Below, in pieces: positions 45,707 through 54,849 of a stretch of 64,000 bases of DNA. The notes under the pieces were generated by a model, which had not been told where the DNA came from, searched no databases, and saw only the letters and a program-made list of their open reading frames with translations. The stretch's first letter is position 1. Each line of letters starts with the position of its first letter. The position numbers and the translations under genes are program-made. Source of the DNA: a virus (taxonomy: Duplodnaviria; Heunggongvirae; Uroviricota; Caudoviricetes); the IMG/VR virus record IMGVR_UViG_3300048573_000051, positions 15,996 through 79,995 of that record. The stretch is one strand, 5' to 3'.

Positions 45707-45872
45707 AGTTTCTCCATTTTAATGCTACGAAGTGAAGGACTCTTACGCATTTGCATCAGATGCCAGCTTGCACTTTTATCATCACAAGCATAAGAACGAT
45801 TTGAGATTGTACCATCGTTTTTGACTTCCTGCCATGTCAAGCGAACATTTTTAACATCTTTTGATTTTAACT

Positions 45873-46094
45873 TCATGAACCCATCCCTTCAGATGCAAGT
45901 GGTTTGTACATTGTGTTACGAGTTTCAAAACTACCGTCAAAGAACTTCTGTAGAACTGTAGAAGTGCGAACATTACTGCACTTACCAAGCACAGGATGAT
46001 TGATAACAAAGAGCAAACTTGCAACTTCACTATTTTCGTTCCACATCCAGAACTCAGGTTGACCCATGTAATATGCTACTGGTTTTTCATTCAT
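45873..46094 (-). CDS. hypothetical protein
   Basis: 73-aa ORF. Confidence 0.3.
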   Translation of the reverse strand: MNEKPVAYYMGQPEFWMWNENSEVASLLFVINHPVLGKCSNVRTSTVLQKFFDGSFETRNTMYKPLASEGMGS

Positions 46095-46097
46095 AAT

Positions 46098-46361
46098 TTA
46101 CTCCTTAGACATTTGGTTTGTAATGTACGCTTCAACTTTAGCATCATCGACAGCTTCTTGTAAAAGCTGATCAGCTACTGAGTATATCGCATCTTCAATC
46201 TCTGTAGACCACTCGTTACTCATTAAATCTGTGATATCAACTTCAGGATGTTCATACAAGTATACCTTAAGTGTCTCCCAATCTATGTCACGATCTGAAT
46301 CTAACGTAAAGTTTACCACAACTGTTGTACCTGTGTAACCAATCTTTGTTTGTATCTGCAT
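46098..46361 (-). CDS. hypothetical acidic early protein (first gene of the minus-strand early operon)
   Basis: 87-aa, very acidic ORF directly adjacent to the divergent promoter region. Confidence 0.35.
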   Translation of the reverse strand: MQIQTKIGYTGTTVVVNFTLDSDRDIDWETLKVYLYEHPEVDITDLMSNEWSTEIEDAIYSVADQLLQEAVDDAKVEAYITNQMSKE

Positions 46362-46540
46362 ATATCCTTTATGTTGTAACTTAAGTTAATAACTTCAGTA
46401 TATAACTGAAGGAAGATTCTGAAGTTGAGTTCCTTGTCGAGTTCCCTGCCGTACCCTCCGTCCCTCGTCCCGTTTTGGATTGTAGCTTAACTTCAATTCT
46501 TGTCAAGTACTTTGTGTAAAATTTATTTGTGCAAAAAGTA

Positions 46541-46568
46541 GTTGCAAAGCTAAATTGTTGTGCTATGA
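46541..46568 (+). promoter_or_regulatory. early promoter TTGCAA-16-TGcTATGAT
   Basis: -35 TTGCAA at 46541, extended -10 TGCTATGAT ending at 46568; followed by the conserved GGCTTCAAC leader motif. Confidence 0.5.
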
Positions 46569-46603
46569 TCATGGCTTCAACTTAACAACCGAAAGGAACT
46601 TAC

Positions 46604-47047
46604 ATGATCTTGAAACCTGAATTTGCACACATGGTAGACCGTATGGGTCTTGAAGATGCAGAACTTGCACTAGCAGAAATCGTATGGGAGAAAGCTGAAC
46701 GTGCTATGCAAGGCAAACCAGTGCAAGAACCTGTGCTAACTAACAATAAACTGCAAGATTTTCTTAAGTCTTACTCGCATACACATCGTGCAGTATCTCT
46801 TACCACAGAAGAATTGCAGTCGCTTACCAAAGGTCTTTCTGAAGTTCTAGCTGCAGACGAAGAGGCACTGAGTTTCATCAAAGGTCGAATTGATGCTTGC
46901 TGGCAAAAGAGTAACCCTGACGATGCAACCACTGAAGCTTACTTTAACACGATGAACTTCTATCGTAACGAACAACGTAAGCTTAAAAAGAAACACAAGG
47001 TACTTGCTACTATTCAACACAAACTCAAACAAGCTAAGAAACTGTAA
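46604..47047 (+). CDS. hypothetical early protein with basic C-terminus
   Basis: 147-aa ORF with a GAAAGGAAC RBS; first gene after the early promoter. Confidence 0.4.
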   Translation: MILKPEFAHMVDRMGLEDAELALAEIVWEKAERAMQGKPVQEPVLTNNKLQDFLKSYSHTHRAVSLTTEELQSLTKGLSEVLAADEEALSFIKGRIDACWQKSNPDDATTEAYFNTMNFYRNEQRKLKKKHKVLATIQHKLKQAKKL

Positions 47048-47391
47048 TGACACGTAAACGCTATGAAATTGTTGCAACAGCCTTCGATAAGAAAGGTCGT
47101 GTGCTAGGAACTGGAGTTAACGATTACAACCGTAGTCATCCACTCATGAAGCACTTTGCTGTACAAGCTGGAGAGTCAGAACAAAAGGATAAAATCCATG
47201 CTGAACTTTCTGCTGTACTGGCATCGGGTCGCAAGAATATTCATAGCGTTTTTGTTCAACGGTTTCACAATGATGGTACAATGGCTACTGCTAAACCTTG
47301 TCCAACTTGCCAAGCTATGCTCAAAGGCTTTGGTGTTAAAGTTGTGAGTTATACATCTGAAGAAGGAATTAAAGAATATGAAGTTTCCTAA
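47047..47391 (+). CDS. cytidine/deoxycytidylate deaminase-fold protein (second deaminase, substrate unknown)
   Basis: HAE (IHAELSAV) and PCxxC (KPCPTCQAML) zinc-binding motifs of the CDA fold in a 114-aa protein. Confidence 0.45.
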   Translation: MTRKRYEIVATAFDKKGRVLGTGVNDYNRSHPLMKHFAVQAGESEQKDKIHAELSAVLASGRKNIHSVFVQRFHNDGTMATAKPCPTCQAMLKGFGVKVVSYTSEEGIKEYEVS

Positions 47392-47647
47392 ATTTTACAA
47401 TCCGTTTAAACCGCACATTGTTTCATTTGGTGATAAGTACCTTGTACGTAGATGGTATGGATTGTGTTGGTCGTACAAAGAAACATTTACATTCCGAAAC
47501 GATGAACCGCTATGGTGGTGTCTATGGGAATGTGTCAATAAGTACTGCGTGTGCAACTCATTAGCACAAGCTATTGCACTACGAGATAAAGTGTGGATTG
47601 ATCCTATGAAAAAACCTAAAGTTAAGATGAAAGTGATTCATGGCTAA
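47378..47647 (+). CDS. hypothetical Cys/Trp-rich small protein
   Basis: 89-aa ORF between the two deaminase genes. Confidence 0.3.
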   Translation: MKFPKFYNPFKPHIVSFGDKYLVRRWYGLCWSYKETFTFRNDEPLWWCLWECVNKYCVCNSLAQAIALRDKVWIDPMKKPKVKMKVIHG

Positions 47648-48083
47648 TCAAAAAGACCTTGATGAAACCTACATGGGTACTGCCATATTGCACAGCAAAC
47701 TATCCAAAGCCCGTAGAGCGCAGGTAGGAGCGATTTTAGTAACTAGGCAAGGTGTTACCCTCAGCGGATACAATGGCACTGCTGTAGGCCGTCCTAACGA
47801 ATGCGAGACATTTGACACTGTAGTTATCAACATGCCAGTGTACATAACAAAACCAGAAGTTATCCATGCCGAGAAAAACGCAATTTTAAAAGCTGCTCGT
47901 GAAGGTGTAAGTTGTGTAGATGCTACAATGTATGTTACACTAGCACCCTGTGTACAATGCGCTGCTATGATGCTACAAGCTGGAATTAAGCGTGTGGTGT
48001 ATTTGCAACAGTACCGAGATAATTCTGGTGTTGAACTCCTACAAGAATCAAATGTAGTGGTACAATTGTATGATCAACTTTAA
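47640..48083 (+). CDS. dCMP deaminase
   Basis: HAEKNAI ... TLAPCVQCAAMMLQAGIKRVVY is the canonical dCMP deaminase zinc motif; 147 aa. Confidence 0.7.
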   Translation: MANQKDLDETYMGTAILHSKLSKARRAQVGAILVTRQGVTLSGYNGTAVGRPNECETFDTVVINMPVYITKPEVIHAEKNAILKAAREGVSCVDATMYVTLAPCVQCAAMMLQAGIKRVVYLQQYRDNSGVELLQESNVVVQLYDQL

Positions 48084-48095
48084 GGAGAAACTAAC

Positions 48096-48401
48096 ATGGC
48101 ATTGAAAGATCAAAAAGACGTATTGATTGCTTGGATCAATGGTGAAGATATTCAATTTAAAGTTGGGGATGCATGGCACAACTGTAGTAAGTTTGCTAAA
48201 TGTGATTCAATTGATATTTCTGATGGTCAATACCGCATCAAACCAAAAGAAATTGTAACTACTACGTGTATTCAACGTGATATTTACTTTTCAAAGACAG
48301 GTCTTCATGTAACTTATAGTAGTACAGGGGTAAAGATTCACAACCTTCGTCTAACATGGTCAGAAGATGGTGAAACACTCTTGAAAGCAGAGGTGATCTG
48401 A
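48096..48401 (+). CDS. hypothetical protein
   Basis: 101-aa ORF with an AAGGAGAAAC RBS. Confidence 0.3.
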   Translation: MALKDQKDVLIAWINGEDIQFKVGDAWHNCSKFAKCDSIDISDGQYRIKPKEIVTTTCIQRDIYFSKTGLHVTYSSTGVKIHNLRLTWSEDGETLLKAEVI

Positions 48402-48703
48402 TGACTCAACAAGTAAATTTACTAGTTACAATCGAAACAGAAGTAGCTGTCAAAATTAACCCTAGTATCGCTTACAGTACTTTACTAAAAGAATTTAGTG
48501 AGTGCATTTTCAAGATTGAAACCTTCACTGAACTTTTTCAATTTATTGCAAAGAGAATTGCTGTAGGTGATCGCAATTTTATTGAAGGCATTGGCAAAAT
48601 TGAGTATAACTACGGTCAGGATTTTGCGGAAGATGTAGTAGTAATATATTCTACATCCGTGAGTGGCACTGATGTTATAGCTTTCGGAACTGAGTACGTT
48701 TAA
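48401..48703 (+). CDS. hypothetical protein
   Basis: 100-aa ORF. Confidence 0.3.
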   Translation: MTQQVNLLVTIETEVAVKINPSIAYSTLLKEFSECIFKIETFTELFQFIAKRIAVGDRNFIEGIGKIEYNYGQDFAEDVVVIYSTSVSGTDVIAFGTEYV

Positions 48704-48912
48704 TGCTACGTTGGTCTGGTACAATCTTCTACATGATCGGGATGCTGCTGACTGCACTAAATATTTTTCCTTTGAATCTGATATTTGGTGCAATCGGCGG
48801 TATACTTTGGTGTATCGTAGGCTTTAACTACAAAGACAAAGCTTTGATTTTAGTGGAAGCTGCTTCTGCAGCTATCTATTTGTTTGGACTATTACATTGG
48901 GGGATAAAATGA
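48703..48912 (+). CDS. small membrane protein
   Basis: 69 aa with two TM helices. Confidence 0.3.
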   Translation: MLRWSGTIFYMIGMLLTALNIFPLNLIFGAIGGILWCIVGFNYKDKALILVEAASAAIYLFGLLHWGIK

Positions 48913-49139
48913 ACGAACGAATTAAAGAACTTGCAAACAAAGCAGGATGTGACTATCTTTATGATTACTCAGAAGACGGTCATGCTGTGGTCTGTAACTT
49001 GAGTGATATTGAAAAGTTCGCCAAGTCGATTATTCAGGAATGTTTGAAAATTATTGAACCCACAGAAGATAGTGGTGATGAGTGGTGCGTAACCCTTAAA
49101 GGGGCTGCTGAAGAGATTAAAGAACATTTTGGAGTATAA
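48897..49139 (+). CDS. hypothetical protein, paralogue of 54850..55059
   Basis: Begins MNERIKELANKAG and ends EEIKEHFGV; the paralogue begins MNERIEELMFEAG and ends EILEHFGV. Confidence 0.35.
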   Translation: MGDKMNERIKELANKAGCDYLYDYSEDGHAVVCNLSDIEKFAKSIIQECLKIIEPTEDSGDEWCVTLKGAAEEIKEHFGV

Positions 49140-49566
49140 AATGAACAAACAAAAACCTACGCTACTCCTAATCAGAGGCGTACCGGGCAGCGGTAAATCA
49201 ACGTTTGCAAACCTACTTAATCAATATGCACTGACTATGATTAACTTGGAAGCTGATGATTTCTTTACAAAGTACAATGCTGAGACTAACTCCTTTGATT
49301 ATGAGTTTGATCCAACAAAACTAAAAGATGCACATCAGTGGTGTCAATCTACTGCTTTGCATTTTCTAGAGCAAGGGTTTAACGTTTCGGTGTCCAACAC
49401 TAGCGTTACAGAGTGGGAAGTTGCTACGTATATGGATATTGCAAATCTTGCTGGTGCTAATTTTGTAAGTCTTATCGTAGAGAATTATCACGGTAACAAA
49501 AACATTCACGGTTGTCCTGACGAAAAGGTACAGCAGATGAAACGTAAATTTCACACGCAACTCTAA
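49129..49566 (+). CDS. P-loop polynucleotide 5-prime-kinase-like protein (Pnk kinase domain only)
   Basis: Walker A LLLIRGVPGSGKSTFANLL closely resembles the T4 Pnk N-terminus GCPGSGKSTWAREF; 145 aa. Confidence 0.5.
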   Translation: MEYKMNKQKPTLLLIRGVPGSGKSTFANLLNQYALTMINLEADDFFTKYNAETNSFDYEFDPTKLKDAHQWCQSTALHFLEQGFNVSVSNTSVTEWEVATYMDIANLAGANFVSLIVENYHGNKNIHGCPDEKVQQMKRKFHTQL

Positions 49567-49574
49567 AGGAATAT

Positions 49575-50465
49575 ATGCTGTTAACATACGATCAACAAAT
49601 GAACTTGGTTAATCGTGGTCTAGCTACCATGAAAAATGATGGGAAATACACTACGTTCAAATACCATCGTAGAGCCATGTATGATTATCTCTGGTATGAA
49701 GTACCTGAATTGTTGGAATCGCGTGGACACGTATACCACAATAGCACAAAAGAACTAGTACAAGCTGCTCCACGTAAAAGCTTCAATTATCTTGAACGTG
49801 GCTACTGGAGTGAAGTACCACTAGATACTCCAGTTGAAATGTACAAGAAAATCAATGGTTTTATGGCTTGTGCTACACTACACAATGGTGAATTGATTGT
49901 ATCTACTACAGGTACAACCACAAGTGAATACGCTCAGTGGGCTAAAGATTTAATCGTTCGTGATATGAAACTTTGGGATATTATGCTTGATGATAAAACT
50001 ACAGTTCTATTTGAAGTTGTAGTACCACAAGACCCACACATTGTACAAGAGCGTCAAGGTTTGCACTTACTTGGTGTACGTGAGAAGGATACAGGAGATT
50101 TTTACCCTTTAGGTTTTAATACTCGTTGTTCTTTAGAGCAAGCATTGGAAATCGCAAAGTGCGCCCGTGGTGAAGGTTTTATGGTATATCCTTTAATTGC
50201 TGATGCAGGTAATCCATTTGGATACCACAATTACAATCACTGCTGTAAACTAAAGACTCCATACTACGTTGGCAAGAAAAAGTTGATGCGTATGACAGCA
50301 AAGAACGTTGAATTGATGTACAATAATCTTCCGCACACGATCAGTACGTTACCTGAGATGTGGCATGAGGTTCCTGAACAGATTGTACAGAGCGTTCATA
50401 AAGACACATGGTTAGCTATGAACGATCAACAACGCAGGGTAATTCTTGAAGATTTTAAAGGATAA
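49575..50465 (+). CDS. putative RNA ligase (Rnl2-like nucleotidyltransferase)
   Basis: Candidate motif I KINGF resembling the Rnl2 KIHG; 296 aa; located between the kinase and phosphoesterase genes. Confidence 0.35.
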   Translation: MLLTYDQQMNLVNRGLATMKNDGKYTTFKYHRRAMYDYLWYEVPELLESRGHVYHNSTKELVQAAPRKSFNYLERGYWSEVPLDTPVEMYKKINGFMACATLHNGELIVSTTGTTTSEYAQWAKDLIVRDMKLWDIMLDDKTTVLFEVVVPQDPHIVQERQGLHLLGVREKDTGDFYPLGFNTRCSLEQALEIAKCARGEGFMVYPLIADAGNPFGYHNYNHCCKLKTPYYVGKKKLMRMTAKNVELMYNNLPHTISTLPEMWHEVPEQIVQSVHKDTWLAMNDQQRRVILEDFKG

Positions 50466-50470
50466 TAATT

Positions 50471-50656
50471 ATGCAAGGTCACAATTTTAACCGTACATTA
50501 CATGCCAAAGGTCTGTTTGTGTATAATAACTGTGGCCTTATTCGTTTGAATAATCGTGCTACTGAAAAGCAGGTCAATAAGCCTTGCGTTGGACTACGAG
50601 AGCTAGAAGACGAAGAGTGTTTGAAACTCAAAGGACAAATGAAAGGTAAACGATGA
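50471..50656 (+). CDS. hypothetical protein
   Basis: 61-aa ORF; an unlisted 53-codon ORF follows at 50653..50814. Confidence 0.25.
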   Translation: MQGHNFNRTLHAKGLFVYNNCGLIRLNNRATEKQVNKPCVGLRELEDEECLKLKGQMKGKR

Positions 50657-50813
50657 AAGAAATTAAACTACCAATTGAAGTTCAGCTTGTGGTTCGAAGT
50701 AAAGACCTACCAGATACATGTGAACTGTTATTACATCTTCAAGATATTGTAGATGAATGGTACCGGAGTAAAGTTCCTACAATTCCTTGTGCATTTATTA
50801 GAAAGAACAGATA

Positions 50814-51386
50814 ATGAAAATATTCACAAGTGATTTGCACTTTGGACATAAACGAATTGTAGAATTTACAAACCGTGCTGTTGATTGCACCTCACAAGAA
50901 AATCACACAGAGTGGTTAATCGATGTTTGGAACACAGAGGTATCTGCAGGTGATATTGTGTATCATCTAGGGGATTTCTCATTCTTTAAAAAGTACAGTG
51001 AAGTAGCTGATGTTGTTTCACAGCTTAAGGGTTCTAAGATTTTCATCAAGGGTAATCACGATAAACGAGAGCATCTAGATGAACTGGTAGAAGACCAACT
51101 AATCGCAGCATGGTATGACTACAAAGAGATTAAACTAGGTGATACTCCTGTAGTACTATTTCACTATCCTATCGCGTCTTGGCATCGTCAGGGTCATGGT
51201 GCATATCATCTGCACGGTCACTGTCATGGAAACTTTAAAGATAGTAAAGGTAAAATGCTTGACGTAGGTATTGATTCAGTGTATAATCTGTATGGTAAGC
51301 ATGGGTTTTTAAACGAACAACAGATTAGTGAATTCATGAAAGAAAAAGAAATCTACATTGCAGATCATCACAAGGAGTATAAATGA
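50814..51386 (+). CDS. calcineurin-like metallophosphoesterase (candidate 3-prime-phosphatase / 2-prime,3-prime-cyclic phosphoesterase)
   Basis: DLHFGH ... HLGDF ... GNHD ... metal-binding motifs of the metallophosphatase superfamily; 190 aa. Confidence 0.6.
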   Translation: MKIFTSDLHFGHKRIVEFTNRAVDCTSQENHTEWLIDVWNTEVSAGDIVYHLGDFSFFKKYSEVADVVSQLKGSKIFIKGNHDKREHLDELVEDQLIAAWYDYKEIKLGDTPVVLFHYPIASWHRQGHGAYHLHGHCHGNFKDSKGKMLDVGIDSVYNLYGKHGFLNEQQISEFMKEKEIYIADHHKEYK

Positions 51387-51895
51387 AAGATATCCACCCG
51401 AAGCTAAAACTGAAGCTTGACACAATCAAGAAAGATTATCAAAAAGTGACAGCATTTGCTGAACTCCTATCATTATTTGCAGGTCGTATCATTGATCGTG
51501 AGTTTACAGGAGATCGTTATTGTGAACTAGCTGATTATTATAAGCAGATTCCTTTTAATTGGGGTATTAACTGGGGTGTCAACTCACCAACTAACTTTCC
51601 AGATGATAAATATCACCAAGGTTTAGTCAATGTATATATCAACTGCATGAGTCTATTTCATGATGATGTTTATCATATTGCACAAAAAGAATTGTGGGAA
51701 GCAATGAAGGATGTTCCATGCTATTATACTGATGTTCTAAATTCTACGTTTTATTTTAAACCTGATGAAATTGAAGTTGGACTAGAAGCTTTAAATAATT
51801 GGTATGTCAAAGTTAAAGATAGCACTCAAGATTATCTGAAAGAACAAAAACGCAAGCAATTACAAGCACAACTACAGGAGTTAGATAATAAATGA
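51383..51895 (+). CDS. hypothetical protein
   Basis: 170-aa ORF; ATGA overlaps on both sides. Confidence 0.35.
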   Translation: MKDIHPKLKLKLDTIKKDYQKVTAFAELLSLFAGRIIDREFTGDRYCELADYYKQIPFNWGINWGVNSPTNFPDDKYHQGLVNVYINCMSLFHDDVYHIAQKELWEAMKDVPCYYTDVLNSTFYFKPDEIEVGLEALNNWYVKVKDSTQDYLKEQKRKQLQAQLQELDNK

Positions 51896-52803
51896 TTGAA
51901 GTAAAAATTATCAAAGACAGTTATAACAAAGATTTAAAGTCTCGTTTAACTACATTCGAGTTAGTGTATCCGCGATTTATTCACGGTGAACTAATGACAC
52001 ATCGGATGTTTAGCCGCAATGCAGCAAGCTCTCGTGCTATTCCGATTGATAGGGTTATTGAACTGCTTAAGACAAATCCAGCGATGCCTGTGCATTGGGG
52101 TAAGAACCAAGCAGGTATGCAAGCTAACACTGAGATTGATAATATCGAAGGTGCAAAGCAATTATGGTTAGCTGCCCGTGATAGCGCCATTAGCCATGCT
52201 ATTGTTATGCGCGATATGGGATTGCACAAGCAGATCGTTAATCGCGTATTAGAGCCATTTCAATTGATTAAGACGATTGTCACCGCTACGGAACTAAACA
52301 ACTGGTTTTGGCTGCGCGATCACCTTGACGCACAACCAGAGATTAAAGAACTTGCAAAGAAAATGCTAGAGGCTTATGATAAATCAACACCAGAGCAACT
52401 ATTTGAAGGCGAATGGCATGTGCCTTATGTAGAGACATATAGAGCCAATGAGTCCGAGAATTTCCACTATCTAGACGAAAACGATAAGTACATCACTGCA
52501 GATGAAGCACGTATGATCAGTGCAAGTTGCTGCGCTCAAGTATCGTACCGTAAGAACGATGGAAGCTTAGAGAAAGCTGCAGTAGTATTTGATCGTTTGA
52601 TTAACTCTGTACCTGTTCATGCAAGCCCTGTAGAACACATTGCAACACCTATCACGAATAAAATGATGCTAGGTCTATGCGATGAAAACAGGTTAATTCA
52701 GGGCATGACGCACGTAAGTGAAAATGGTCAACCTTGGTCTGGTAATCTACGTGGTTGGGTGCAATATCGTCAACTAATTGCTAACAATGTAAAGGAAGGT
52801 TGA
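51892..52803 (+). CDS. thyX: flavin-dependent thymidylate synthase ThyX
   Basis: ThyX signature ELMTHRMFSRNAASSRAIP (RHR ... SxR) and overall size of 303 aa. Confidence 0.8.
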   Translation: MIEVKIIKDSYNKDLKSRLTTFELVYPRFIHGELMTHRMFSRNAASSRAIPIDRVIELLKTNPAMPVHWGKNQAGMQANTEIDNIEGAKQLWLAARDSAISHAIVMRDMGLHKQIVNRVLEPFQLIKTIVTATELNNWFWLRDHLDAQPEIKELAKKMLEAYDKSTPEQLFEGEWHVPYVETYRANESENFHYLDENDKYITADEARMISASCCAQVSYRKNDGSLEKAAVVFDRLINSVPVHASPVEHIATPITNKMMLGLCDENRLIQGMTHVSENGQPWSGNLRGWVQYRQLIANNVKEG

Positions 52804-52804
52804 T

Positions 52805-53032
52805 ATGATTAATGAACACGATGTTAAAGACTGGCAGATGCTAACTACACCTTTGAAACTGGAGAAGTTAAAAGAAGGTGCATTCTTTAGTGTTCCGGGT
52901 AGTGAAAAGGTATTTAAATTAATTGCAGTAGCAAATGATATTGCTTTCGCTGAAACTGCAGAGGTTTTTAATGCTTTTGCACTCCCTCGGTTTATGGAAG
53001 TATTCGAATGGAGCAAAAATGCAAAGTCGTAA
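52805..53032 (+). CDS. hypothetical protein
   Basis: 75-aa ORF. Confidence 0.3.
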   Translation: MINEHDVKDWQMLTTPLKLEKLKEGAFFSVPGSEKVFKLIAVANDIAFAETAEVFNAFALPRFMEVFEWSKNAKS

Positions 53033-53336
53033 AGCAGTAAGTTTTAAAAAGCTCATTGAAGCTGTAGCAGAGTCCTGTAAGTACCATAAGTATGAAGTTG
53101 AAGATGTACTTGTGCATCTAAGTAAAGTACTACAAAAGATTCTTGTTGAAGAAAAATCTGTACGTCTAACAGGTCTAGGTAAAATTAACATGAAAAAGTT
53201 AAAGACCCGATCTACAAAAGACAAAGACCTGTGGTATGATACGTTCAGGTTGTCAGTACAACAAGACACCTACATGAAAGAATACCTAAAGGAGAATTAT
53301 GTTGAAGCAGTGGAACAAGTCGATGCATCCAAATGA
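53010..53336 (+). CDS. hypothetical basic protein, possibly HU/IHF-like DNA-binding
   Basis: Start chosen at the ATG at 53010 (MQSRKAVSFKKLIEAV...); KSVRLTGLGKINMKK weakly resembles the HU arm region. Confidence 0.25.
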   Translation, partial: GAKMQSRKAVSFKKLIEAVAESCKYHKYEVEDVLVHLSKVLQKILVEEKSVRLTGLGKINMKKLKTRSTKDKDLWYDTFRLSVQQDTYMKEYLKENYVEAVEQVDASK

Positions 53337-53719
53337 CAACTTGCCAGTTAAATGGCCCTTTCCAACGTACAATAACCAACGTACAAAAGAAAGCCAAGAG
53401 TTGCTAGATAAGAAAAATCACAGCAAGACTAAAGATAATTTCTCAGACATCCCGGAGGCTTTGCTTTGAACGATAAAGTTGATGTACAATCCATTTTTGA
53501 CGAACAGTGTATAGAGTTCAATTCATATGAAGATGAAAAAGAAGCTATTGCAAGTTTAATGTATAACAGGGAATTGGAGATTTATGACGATAGATGATTT
53601 TGAAGTAGCTCTTCAGCGGTTATTTTCAGAAGCTAACCGTGAAGAACTTGATATTGGTGATATCTACCATGTCTTGCACGGTCAGACAATTATTGCAGAA
53701 ACAATCTTAAAGCTTAGTA

Positions 53720-54301
53720 TTGAAAAAGCTTATAAAGAACGCTGGTTTTAAATTGGAATACGCTGACTATTTTGAATATACCAGTGAAAGTCCTAGCGGA
53801 TTAAAGTGGAAATTTTCTCATGGTTGGAATGGAAGATATTTTATTAATAAAGAAAATAGTGTAGTTGGTACGATAGTTTATCAAAGAAAGACAGGTAAAC
53901 CTCAAAAATGGGTTGTAAAGTTTGATGGCAAGTATTTAGCAGTACACAGAATAATTTATATTATGTTCCATTCCAACATAAATGAGAATATGGTGGTTGA
54001 TCACATAGACAGAAATCCGTTAAACAATAGTATCGAAAATTTGAGAATTGTGCCAAAATTGATCAATAATCGGAACTACTCGAAATATGCAAACAATACA
54101 TCTGGTAAAACTGGTGTACAATTAACAAGAGATAACAGATTTAGAGTTACATGGAAAGAATTTGGTAAACATTGCACAAAATCTTTCAGTATTTCTAAAT
54201 ATGGCTATGATACAGCTAAGAAATTGGCGTATTCTTTTAGGGATAATGTTTTAGAACGTTTGAAACAAACCCACAACTTTTCATCAAATCATGGAGAATA
54301 A
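53720..54301 (+). CDS. HNH-AP2 homing endonuclease
   Basis: VVDHIDRNPLNNSIENLRIV HNH core plus an AP2-like TGVQLTRDNRFRVTW domain; AT-rich. Confidence 0.65.
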   Translation: MKKLIKNAGFKLEYADYFEYTSESPSGLKWKFSHGWNGRYFINKENSVVGTIVYQRKTGKPQKWVVKFDGKYLAVHRIIYIMFHSNINENMVVDHIDRNPLNNSIENLRIVPKLINNRNYSKYANNTSGKTGVQLTRDNRFRVTWKEFGKHCTKSFSISKYGYDTAKKLAYSFRDNVLERLKQTHNFSSNHGE

Positions 54302-54451
54302 AATGCGTTACATTACAAAATGGAATAACGGTTATCATAAAGTCTTTGACACCTTACAATATACCGATGTACAATTGTGCGGCTTGCTGACAGAAGCAAA
54401 AAACGTAGCTCAACGGCTAAATAACCGAGTCTAACTCAGGTATAATCTAGG

Positions 54452-54492
54452 TAGTGCCTTCACAGGTGCTACCTTTCTTTTTATTTTAGGAG
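54452..54492 (+). terminator. rho-independent terminator
   Basis: GGTAGTGCC-ttcaca-GGTGCTACC hairpin followed by TTTCTTTTTATTTT. Confidence 0.5.
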
Positions 54493-54849
54493 TCAATATG
54501 TCAGAAGTAGCAGAAACAGTCATTGTTCGTAGTAAACTATCAAATACATTGTTTGATGTGGTAGAGATTGATATGGAAGGTGATGTTGTTAATTACATTG
54601 CACGTTCAGCTACGTTTGAACAAGCACAAAATATTTTAGAAAGTTTGTTCGAACCTATCGCAACAGTGCTATAATTTAACCATCGTAACAACACAACCAA
54701 GGAAACCAAATGCACAGCTCTTACCTTCAAAACAACAAAGCCAAGAAAAAACGCTTTGATGATGCAGGTTATGAAGAAACTCCATCTAAGAATGACAAGA
54801 AGAAAAAGAAAGATTTCTCTCAAGATCGTCAACGCAAGCGAGGTGAAGT

